DNA of 46,859 nt, from the NCBI GenBank assembly GCA_000934665.2, contig KZ538797.1, positions 1-46,859 of the forward strand, given 5' to 3'. How positions within the stretch are numbered: the stretch's first letter is position 1; each line of letters opens with the position of its first letter. A program made the position numbers and the translations under genes. This stretch comes from Catajapyx aquilonaris. Its lineage: Eukaryota. The notes under the pieces are model-generated. The model was not told the origin of the DNA. It was given only the letters and a program-made list of their open reading frames with translations, and did no database searches. Below are positions 36,535-46,859 of the stretch, piece after piece.

Positions 36535-39057
36535 ATGTTGTACCAGTCCCTGTTGGATGTGGCCAAGGTCAATCCCTTCGGCGGCCCCATCCCAGCCGCC
36601 TCCTGCGAGCCAGGACCTAACAATGCAGCGGTGCCCACCGTGGTCGACCCATGGAGCAAGCTGGTCCAAGGGAGGAGCATACAGGCCATGGTGCCATCAG
36701 GTCAGTTGGTCCCCATGGCCTGGAAGGCTTGGCTGGCCCTTGGGAGAAAAAGAGAGAGAGAGGGGTGGGCTGGGTCTTGAAGGATTGGATTATGTAATCG
36801 CCAAGTCATATGGACAGGTGTTCATTGTTGAGAGGTCTTTGTGATTTGAATTGTTATTACCCATTTACTCTGCACCATGCATGGATGATTAGTCTGGCAA
36901 AATTGATTGCGAAAGAAAAATTAGGTGCACTAAAGTCTAATGAAGGAAGGGGCTATCATGCGGCTACCTCCCGCAAACCACCCCGTCAGACCCCCAAAGG
37001 AAATAAGAGGAGATAAGAGGGAAGTGACCAGACCTTCGTTTTCCTTCCCTTGTCCAGGTCCCTTGTCCCTTGTCATGGTTGGCTGCTGACTATATTATAA
37101 GCCCCAGTCGAGTCAGAGTAGAGGAAGATGTCTGACAACGCCCGATGACGCCTAACGACACCAGCAAGCACGAGTCCAGAAATAAAGTAATTGCCGACCT
37201 TTTAAAATATCCATAGAAAATCATATACAGTGTATGTATATCCACTTTCCCAAAAGTCAGTGTGGTACGCATGATTAGGCTGATTTTGTTGAAAAATTAC
37301 CAGATATTGGTCAGTAAATAATTATAATGGAATGGACTGCTGCTTCAGATTAATAACCCCAACTTCCCTTTTTTTCCAGAGGAAAGTAGCTGCGAATTTG
37401 GATCCATGAAATTCTATGCCCTCTGTGGCTTTGGTGGAATCCTGGCTTGTGGTATCACGCACACAGCTATGGTGCCCCTTGACATGGTCAAGTGCCGTAT
37501 TCAGGTGGACCCAGACAAGTACAAGTCCATTGTGAATGGGTTCAAGGTATCGATAAAGGACGAGGGAGCCCGCAGCTTGCTGAAAGGATGGGCCCCAACC
37601 GCTATTGGCTACTCACTGCAGGGGTTGGGCAAGTATGGATTATATGAAGTTTTTAAAATATTTTATTCTGGAATGCTTGGAGAGGAGAACACATACCTCT
37701 GGCGTACCTCCCTCTACCTCGCCGCCTCGGCTTCGGCTGAGTTCTTTGCCGACATTGCCCTCTGCCCCATGGAAGCAGTCAAAGTGCGGATCCAGACCCA
37801 GCCAGGGTTTGCCTCTACCCTCAGAGAGGCTGCTCCACTCATCATGAGGACCGAAGGGATCAATGGATTTTACAAGGGGCTGGTCCCACTGTGGATGAGG
37901 CAGATCCCATACACCATGGTGAAGTTTGCCTCCTTTGAGCGTACTGTTGAACTGCTCTACAAGTGAGTGCACCACTACTTCAGTGCCGTTGAAGTGTAGG
38001 ATTTTTCTTAATGGTTTGCAGTTTTATTTTTATTTATTTAATTGTCTGGCACTTATAATCAGTATACAGTAGATTCAACAATAATTATCTGCATATTGCT
38101 GTAGTAAAATGGTTTATAGGTCAGAAGCAACTAGGGTACTGTTAAAGAGCATTTAAGCCTACCCAGTTTTTTAAGACCAACTGTAATCCCAGACTATACA
38201 CTTATACAGTATACTACAAATGCTGTTCCTCCACCCAACCTTTTGTGCTGTGTTGTAATTAGATTATGTTTTACAGGCATGTAGTTCCAAAGCCTCGTGC
38301 TGACTGCTCAAAGCCTGAGCAGTTGGTGGTGACCTTCGCTGCTGGTTACATTGCTGGTGTGTTCTGCGCCATTGTGTCCCATCCAGCTGACACTGTTGTT
38401 TCCAAGCTTAACCAAGACAGCGGGTCCACTGCCGTTCAGGTGGCCAAGAAACTGGGCTTTGCAGGTTAGTAATTTGCTGATTTAGTTGACTGGTCAATTT
38501 TGATCATTATTGAAGTGAAATCCCTATTAAACAGCCAATATTATTAGGGGATGCTTTATGGAACAATTTACGACAAACTCAGTGAAAAAAATTCTGTCTT
38601 GGTATTTAAATGAGCACATCATGACATGTATAAGGGTTTGATTTCTGCAGAAGTGGCAACGAACTTTGTTGTGCCCTACAATTTTTACGAATTTGATCTC
38701 TCCTTTCAGAAAAATTGATTCCTTTCTCAATTAAGATTTCTTGCCCACTTGCCCAAATAGTAGTAGCCATTGAAAGTGGTGTACCACATTTCTTGCCAGC
38801 TCATTGTTTGTGGCTTTATTAATTTTTTGGTCCCCTGGTCCATTTTCATAAAAATGTGCTTGTTTAACTCAATATGTTTTCTTTACTTCTTAGGACTGTG
38901 GAAGGGCTTGACCCCAAGGATCATCATGATTGGTACACTGACTGCCCTTCAGTGGTTCATTTATGATGCAGTGAAGGTGTGGCTGGGTATACCTCGCCCA
39001 CCACCCCTCGAAATGCCGGAGTCACTGAAGAAGAAGCTAACTGAGAAGCAGAAGTAG
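36535..39057 (+). CDS. SLC25A3: Mitochondrial phosphate (copper) carrier, copy 3, 366 aa
   Basis: Exons 36535-36700, 37380-37962, 38277-38464, 38894-39057; frame and GT-AG sites intact. Confidence 0.9.
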
Positions 39058-39133
39058 ACGAAAATTATTTTCCTGATTCCCTGTCTTTCTAATAACACTA
39101 CAGCCAAAAAATGATGACATGTGTACAGTTGCA

Positions 39134-39422
39134 GGGACAAGATAACTTATGTGTTTTGGGAGGTGGCTTGTGTCCTTGGCAACTACATAATTAACCCCGC
39201 CCCCTACCAGTCAATCAATCAGGATTGGATTCTAAAACCTCAAGAATGAGATGAGTTTGTTTTCACTCACACAATAATTGGTTACCCAGCAGCGGGCAAA
39301 TATTTCCCCACCAATCGTTCTAAATTACTAAGGGCTAATTATGGTTGCCAACTGCCAAGGACACACAAGCCACCTCCCAAAACTATAGAGTCTTACCCAA
39401 AACGCATGAGTTATATTGTCCC
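39134..39422. mobile_element. MITE in the 3'UTR of PiC copy 3
   Basis: GGGACAAGATAACTTATGTGTTTTGGG / CCCAAAACGCATGAGTTATATTGTCCC plus inner inverted arms; absent from copies 1 and 2. Confidence 0.82.
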
Positions 39423-39737
39423 TACTGCAGTTCCTCTCCCAAAATTTATGAATAAAACATTTATCACTACAATTATGAAAATACAGTAGTACTGAAGTCA
39501 CAAGCTATTTTGTCTGATTTTCTCTTAATTTGTGTTCATACTTGTACAAGTGGGATTCACAAATTCATCATCAAATGATTGTGGGCAGGAAATTGACACT
39601 CTGGGAGAAGAAAGCGAGCAGGTTGCAAGGAAATCGTGCACAGCTTGACTAATCATTGTAACAATTTACTTTTAATACTCGTAACCTGGATATACAAATA
39701 CCTGTAAAAAAGTTCTGTTATGCACCACAGCTAAACT

Positions 39738-41442
39738 TCATTTCTTCTTCTTGGCCTTTTCTGCCTTGAGCCACTGGAAAAAGTTGCAGCTAGCATCTGC
39801 GTTTGAACTGTGTCCAACACCTCGTGGACAGCTCCAGAACTGCCTGTTGAAATTCGGTCCCTTTTTCTTGACTGTGCGCAACACACATGCTTCCCCATGA
39901 CCCTTGCACTTTGGGGGTGACTTGGGACCCGTCATGAGCATTTTCCAGGCAGCAGCCAATCCACCTTTTTCCTCCTGGGAGTCTGATTCCTCTAAATTGG
40001 CACCACTGCTGAACTCGCTACATGTGACAGAGCTGTCTGTACTGCTCTGCGAATCTGGAATTGGGTTGGCAGTACTGTCTGGATGCAATTGAAGAGGGTT
40101 TTCCACACCATCCACAGGAGATATGTCTGTTATGGTCTCCAAGTCAGCGTTTGGCATGTCACATGTGCTCAATTGAGAGCCAGTTTTAGAATCACATACT
40201 CCACTTGAGTTTTTATTGGTCACCTTCCGGAAGAAAAACTTCGATATGTCCTGCTGCTTTGCACTGCAATTGGCACTCAACTTCTGCTTCTTTGCTGGTG
40301 ACTTACGGACCCCTTGTACACTTGGCCGTTTGTTTGCTTGACTGAACATTGACACCAAGCTCTGCTGCCTGCCTGAAAACTCGGAGAAGAACTTTGTGCA
40401 ATGCCTTGGACACTTCTCTGCTTTTACCACGCGGAACCTGAATGTGGCCTGAACTGGACAGTGATCACTTCCTAGAACATCACGCAACACAATTGATTCC
40501 TCCAGCACTGACGTCATTTTTTTGTCAGCAATAATGTAGTCCAGTCTTGTACCATAGTTATTTTCACGTGCATTTAAATATGTGCACCAGCAAGTAAATG
40601 CACCAGATTCTTTTGGATGCAGGTATCTGAAAGTGTCAATGAATTGTCCAGAGAGGAGTTCATCCATCCAGCGCCTCGAAGGACTACTGTCAAACTCTTC
40701 TCGAGGATCACAGTGGTCCAGTCGAGTGTGTGAAGTGTTGATGTCCCCTAGTATTATGACATGGCTCCCACTTTCAATGAGGGCTTCAGCCCTGCGTTGA
40801 ACCAACTGGTAAAAGCGGAGTTTGAATTCAAGCCTCTCTGGGTTGTCTTGATCAGCCCGGGGGCAATACACATTAATGATGGAAAGGGTTTCTTGCGACT
40901 CCTTTGTCTGAAACTTGTGCTGGGTGACGACTGCCCTTCCTTCAGCATCCAGATGCCTAAGATCTGACTGATCAAACTCATCCGGAATGGTACCGTAGCA
41001 CCCAACAGCATCGGAGTTGGAACTGCTTGGCAATAGCCCACTGAGGCCCTCCTCCGCCTTGAAAGGTGTGGCACCATCCCGGCAGTAGGTGGCCACCCCC
41101 GAGTACCCACTCCGCTTGCGGGAAAATGCAAAGTATGAGTTGTAGCCTGGAACTGATGCCACCTCTTCATCCAGAAGATCTCCTGTGGAAGTACGGTCAG
41201 GATCACTTTTCCTGTCCTCACTGATACATCACCAATTTGAACTTACTGGTGACTTTGGTCTCCTGCAGACAAATGACGTCTGCATCCAGGGAGCGAAACA
41301 GCTCCTTCAGGCTGACGCTGGAGGCCCGCACCCCGTTGATGTTCCAGCTCACCACCCTGAAAGCACCTGGAGACAACGGGCTGCCCTGTTCGTCGCCGTC
41401 GTCTCCACACGACGTTGGCGCACTCTGCTTTTCCCACGCCAT
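39738..41442 (-). CDS. APEX2: AP endonuclease 2 (EEP domain, PIP box, GRF zinc finger)
   Basis: Exons 41442-41247 and 41182-39738 (64-nt GT-AG intron, junction ETKVT-R-DLL); SWNING, GYSGVATY, GDIN, GTRLDY, GSDHCP; C-terminal CKGHGEAC...CNFFQW. Confidence 0.95.
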
Positions 41443-41651
41443 CTTTTCCCTGAGTCCCGTCACGATGATAGCGCCATCTATTAATCAGCACAATTTAATT
41501 ATTTTGTGCAGTTATTAGTTCTGCATCCCCTTTTTTAATTGCGATTAAAACTAACAGGGTGGGCATTCGGAGGTGTTGAATGTGCATCGTCTGCCAACAA
41601 GCTGCCAACAGTGGTGACGTCACCTTCCAGCGGGGCTGATGTGGCCAAAAG
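41443..41651. promoter_or_regulatory. Bidirectional promoter between APEX2 and SSR4
   Basis: Divergent ATGs ~210 bp apart; palindrome GGTGACGTCACC (CRE core) at 41613-41624; tandem CTGCCAACA. Confidence 0.65.
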
Positions 41652-43698
41652 ATGGCGGCAATCGGGTCTCAACGTGTGCTTCTCGCGCTCTGCGCTCTCT
41701 TCGCTTTTGCTGCAGGTAAAGTACCCTGATGACCGTCGGTCTCGTCGGAAACGTATCCAGCTTGATGAGACCTGCATGGGCATGTAACTGACGCGGTGTT
41801 TCCTACCCATATTCACGGAGTTGCCTGATTGGGACCATTGGCAGTGCGGATTTAACTTCCCTGCGTTCCCTCCTCAGGTGATACGTGCCAGAACCCGGAG
41901 GTGTCGGCCACCGCCTACACCAGCCAGGATGCCACCGTCCTCACTAACGTCGCCTTCATAGCCGAGTTCACCCTCCACTGCTCAAATGGAATCAAGGCAC
42001 GTTTGGTCGTCATTCTGTAGCGGTGGAGTAAAAGAGTCAGCGATACTGCCGGACCCTGAAAATATTGTTGATTCAAGGAGAGAGTAGCTGATGTCACAAT
42101 CGTACCAATGATTCCAACATGTGGCATCACATTCTCTAGTTGAATCTATAGTTTGGATGGGTTGCAACTTCGCCTGTGGGTCACATACGATAGGATCATT
42201 ACCACTGATATGTTGAATGAGGAGGGTGTGATTCTGATAGCTATCTTGTATCCAATAGTTGGATCATAAACATCGAGCGTACCGAGCAAGAAAGACCTGG
42301 GTGGTTCATGCAAGCCTGTTCTTGTGTTCGCAGCCAGCATTTTGACCTCCATTGGTAGCAATGAGCAAATACTTGACCAGTGTCCATTGTTCCAAGCCGA
42401 CATTGATTCAAAATGGCACCGTGAATCAGGGAGCCAGACCTATGCACATCGCGTACGAATTCGAACATGTCCGAATAGAGATTCAGGCATTCAGCTGAAT
42501 TATGCTCTTCTTGCTTGGTTCTCAGATTTTCTTTATTAATTAACAATACGAGCAATAACATTCCCTTCAGTTAAATAAGGGAAGTAAGACCTCTGTGGCG
42601 GAATGAAAGTACTGAAACAAAGCAGGCGCATGTATGTCGAGAAGTATTTGCCCTCATGTACTGTATAATTTTTAAATTGTTCAGAGGTACTTTAAATTGG
42701 ACTTGCATATAATGTTACAGAGTGAGCCACATGTGTGAGTTGGAAATTTGCTGTACTGAGACTCCAGTGGCCTATTCAAATGTTGTGTGGGATTTTGATT
42801 TTTCTGAACCTTTTAAGACAGATAATGTCAAAATAATCTATGAGAATTAGTGGTAAGTATTGACTTCAGTGAAAAATAGTCATTTCATAAATTTCAGGAC
42901 ATTCCTCTCTATGCTTCCTTGAGTGGGCGTACCTTCCCAGTTGTCCGTTCCTTGGATGGTAGCAAGTACCAGGTGAGCTGGACTGAGGAGATCCCTAAGG
43001 CATATAGTGGAGACTACAACGTCAATTTGTACGATGAGGATGGATATGCTGCTCTAAGAAAAGCACAGCGTACTGGAGAACCTCTGTCCACCGTGAAACC
43101 ACTTGTCACCATTGTTGTCAACCACCCTGTGAGTGTCTAATAACGTTGCACTTGTACCCTAATGTGTCAGCAGTAGGGCAAAATAGAAGCTCATTGAAGC
43201 ACATTCCGCACTTGCTGCAGTGTGGGAACTAGTTTTCTGTTGACTTCACATAGCTGTGGAGCCAATGGAAAGGCCTAGTAGATCCAGTGAGTGCAGTGAG
43301 AGTAGAGAACATGTTGGCATGGGCCTCCAATCCTGCCAAAGCCAGGCTTGTGGCAATGAAAACATTTTTATTGAAAAATCATTTTCAGATCATATACCAT
43401 GTTGCTATTGGCATATTATTTTGCATTGCTATTCATCTTTTGTTTACAGCAGATACCTTGTCACTAGTTTTACTCTCTACATTGAAGGTTTTAGTAATGC
43501 TACAGAGCCATTTCCTTACTGTTGTCAGTGTTATGTTAGTGCATAATATTTTAAGTGCCTTTTTAAAAATACTGAAATTTACTTGTATTCCAGGGAACAT
43601 ACACTGGCCCTTGGGTCAGCTCAGAGTTCATGGCAGCTGTTCTGGCTGCGCTTGTGTCCTACCTTGCGCTCTCGGCCAGATCAAAGCTTCTTAAGTGA
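41652..43698 (+). CDS. SSR4: Translocon-associated protein delta, 172 aa
   Basis: Exons 41652-41715, 41878-41996, 42898-43128, 43594-43698; signal peptide, AFIAEFTLHCSN, KYQVSW, LRKAQR, HPGTYTGPWV, C-terminal TM; intron 2 requires a GC donor. Confidence 0.93.
42070..42519 (+). ncRNA. Candidate structured intronic RNA of unknown class
   Basis: Three consecutive hairpins, the last a ~240-nt rod; non-Watson-Crick positions in the stems I aligned are G-U on the sense strand. Confidence 0.45.
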
Positions 43699-46600
43699 AC
43701 AGTTCATGTGTGTGTGTGAGTGAAGGGAGATTGTGAAGATTTATAAAAAATGACAAGAACTTGAAATGAAGGTGTTTCAATATGCACCCTTTTACAGCTA
43801 TGAAGAGTACACTTTTACGCATGTGAATGAGAGACAAATTATGGTTAAAATCAAATTATTGTCACCTGCGAGAGGGGAAGGGTGAAAATGTTCGTTAACA
43901 CACTGTTATGAAACAAAGTTATTCGAGTTTTTCTAATGTGATGGTACATGATGCTGTGGTGTATGTGTAGCATTTTCAGGAGATTGATTGATTAGGAAGG
44001 AGGCAAAGCAATTATGGCTACCTGGCTGTTAGCAAATACAAAGGTTGGACAGATGGAGATCGAAACGAAGAGGAAAAGGGAGAGAGGAAAGATTTCTCTC
44101 TGTCTGTCTCCTACCCCAAAGACCTGTCCGGTTTGGTAGACCCAGCCAGTAGACGAATCTTCCACCTGCACAGGTTCACACATGCCTCGTACCCATGGCA
44201 AGGGGAAGATACCATAGTGGGGGTTGGGGGGCATTTTCAGTAGGAAGTGCAACAATTGGCGTACAGAATGAAGGATGTCAGCATGGCTAATAATGCGGCA
44301 AGTTACATAATATGTTTAAGCAAGAACTTTGATTACAGGGCTATACTTGGCAGGAGCTCAAGTGAGGACATAGGTTAAGGTTCAGTAGTGAATAGTAGGC
44401 CATCATTTTAGCCTAAGGAGAAGGGATTATGGCAGTGCTTCCCAATCTTTTTTCCTTGGCGACCCCAGAAAATCGTCTAGAAAACAAGCGACCCCAATTC
44501 CAATAAATTCAACCCTACCCTCCTCAGTGGTAGCTATCACTAGTTTCATCGCATGTCCCTCATTTCTTACAGATATATTTATTGAATCGGATGAAAATGA
44601 CACATTTGAAGTGGATTGTGAAGACTTTTATAATTCTTGACTGTACTATCACCAAGGATTGAAGACACGGCCTGTGATGTTGGTTGTAAGCAATTCCGTC
44701 ATTGTTGCCTCTGCGGCTTTGTTGACAAATAATAGAAGCATCCCCCAATGCATAACCAGGGAAGCAAGGGCCCGTTGAGGTAAGGAAACAATCTCGTCAT
44801 TCTCTTACCAGTGATTGAATTGAAAAGGACTATCACCAAATAATAGGGAGTACTTCAATGTTCAGCCTTTGATTTCCCACTCCCATTCAATACCAACTCT
44901 CACCTCGGACGATAGGTGGCACTCGTGTCCCTCCAAGGTGATATTGGCCTAAACTTCACCTATTCTTTGTACGTAGAGGACATGACCTTAGAGGACATGT
45001 TTTAGAATAATGCGATACATAGGCCAGCTGTAGTGATTATTCTTTTTCAGCAACAAAATCATGTTGAAATTTTGTGTTTTGATAGTGACGTTTGTGAATG
45101 TTAAATAAATTCACGACTGAATATGTCTTATTAGCAGGTTAGGTGTTAGGTCAACCCATTAATGACCCATACCTGCTGATGCCTTTTTTTTTTTTTTTTT
45201 TGCAAAACGCTTTAAAAACCGATTGAGAATAAATAAGTACGTGGTCGTAATTACGTTATTAAGTGAAGGAGGAGCCTAATTGTCTGTAGGTTCAACGTGA
45301 CGGAATTAAGAGGGGTTATTGTTAATTACCTAGGAGCACTTTTAGCCATTTTGGTGTCGGGTTCATGATTTTAATGATTTAAAATGAAAATAAATGCTGG
45401 ACAATTAACACAATCGATCATTTAGGGCCGGTTGTATCATGATCATATATTATTACAGTTAGGTGATAAAAGTGATGATAATAACGAGATATTCACCCAC
45501 AATTTAAGACGAAATATAATCCTTTTGAGCTTCAACCTGTCACATTAAAAAGAGAGGGGGTTTGGACCAAACGTTTCCCATGGAACCATTAGCACTCGAT
45601 AAGGTGAATGGCAGGAAAAAGAACCAATTCACGCCCCCCTTTTTTCGCATATAGTGTTGTAACGTGTACTCAATAAGTCGCTCATGCTTTGTTGCAACTT
45701 GGGAATATCAGAATTTAGCAATATTTTTTTTACACCATATTGGCAAAATTATAGCACGATTTTGAAACACATTGTTATTGCGAATTTTTTAGTAATGACA
45801 GCTTAGTCAGAATGTTTCACCCGAATGTACCACTTTGATAGAACATCGCCTTACAACATTGTACACCCGGAATTCAGACAAGCAAGCAGTAACACCCCCC
45901 CCCCCCTCCATCCATTTCTCAGTGGCTGGTAATCTATTTCCAGGCTGTCAATATTTCCTGCCATACCACCACTCAAAAACCATCTCCAAAATGAACTTCA
46001 GAGGCAGCCCGATATGGTACAAGCTCCAAGCGAAACAACAAAGTGTTCAGTGAGGGACACCTAAAAGTGGCCAAGTGTAAAACGCGCAAGCAACAACAAC
46101 AACAAAAAAACCGTTAACGGAAAAAAATCCTCAAGCTGGAAAGTGCAGTGGGTATCGTGTTATGACGAGCCAACGTTTCCAAGGCAACCTTTTGGGACAT
46201 TATATGTGGTCCTATCCTATTACAGGCTGCACAAGCTATCCATTTGACTTCTACTTTTTTGGTGGAGGCCCTCGTGAAATCTGATCTAGCTTTATCCCGG
46301 AATAGAGTGCAGGCTCGGAAATAAATAAGTAAAGAGGCAAAAAGGAGGGGGAGAGAAGGTAAAATATGTTTTGTAGGTGGGGGAAGGCGGGGAAGAAGAT
46401 TGGGTGGGCTTCCCGGTTCCAGGTCACGTCCATCTTGGGAGGCAATTTGGTCTTGCCCGCTGCCAATTATTTCCTTCGAGGTATAGATTTTTATGGCGCC
46501 CCATTCTTTTTCACCTTCCTCGGCTACGTTCTTCGGGGCTTCTTGGGAGGAGGCGAAGTCCCAAAGGTTCCATTAGGTTCCAAACCGAGTTTTGTCCTAC

Positions 46601-46859
46601 CTGTTCCATATACGTGCTGGACATAGGTCTGTAGATGGGCTGGAAACAACCCATGAGACTCAGGCTACATGATGTTAGGAATATCTGTGTGTAAATCGGA
46701 CTGGGAGGAGCTAGGAGGCGTCACAACCAATCATAGCCCGTGTCGCATGCTCCTCCCACTTCTCTCCCCCTCGCTCATATGCGTTTCTCCCTTGACCCCA
46801 AGAGCTATGCCGGCGGTAGCTTCGTCTACTGGTAGACAGGGGCGGATACAGGGGGGGGG

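Noticed and set aside
42285..42495. Intron-embedded RNase P or MRP RNA
   Set aside because: GAAAGACCTGGG and GATTCAGGCAT resemble the P4 strands, but the conserved AC...UA of CR-V and the CR-II motif are missing and the rod pairing fits better. A cmsearch would settle it.
43750..46859. Genes in the right-hand 3 kb
   Set aside because: Only short ORFs with no recognisable domains or consistent exon chain; likely UTR, intergenic DNA and repeat fragments.

Overview
Gene-dense eukaryotic (animal, probably arthropod/crustacean-like) genomic DNA with spliceosomal introns; the organism cannot be fixed from the sequence alone. Left to right: a 6.5-kb repeat-rich stretch (tRNA-derived SINEs with target-site duplications, a TTAA-bounded element with inverted minisatellite arrays); EXOSC8 (-) head-to-head with two tandem intronless BC-box/LRR ORFs (+); PDHB (-); CTPS (-); three intact tandem copies of the mitochondrial phosphate/copper carrier SLC25A3/PiC (+), the first two each followed by a decayed APEX2 3' fragment and the third by intact APEX2 (-); and SSR4/TRAP-delta (+), head-to-head with APEX2. 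Most interesting: (1) an H/ACA snoRNA resembling vertebrate SNORA53, with a pocket complementary to 28S helix 69, in an intron of PiC copy 1 and deleted from copies 2 and 3; (2) PiC copies 2 and 3 lack the promoter and non-coding first exon yet stay intact with clustered amino-acid changes, suggesting shared-promoter whole-gene cassettes; (3) a putative intron joining the two LRR ORFs, whose two acceptors 4 nt apart give either a fusion protein or an overlapping bicistronic mRNA; (4) a strand-asymmetric structured RNA in the GC-AG intron of SSR4. Gene models were built by hand; homology calls come from recognition and memory, not database searches.
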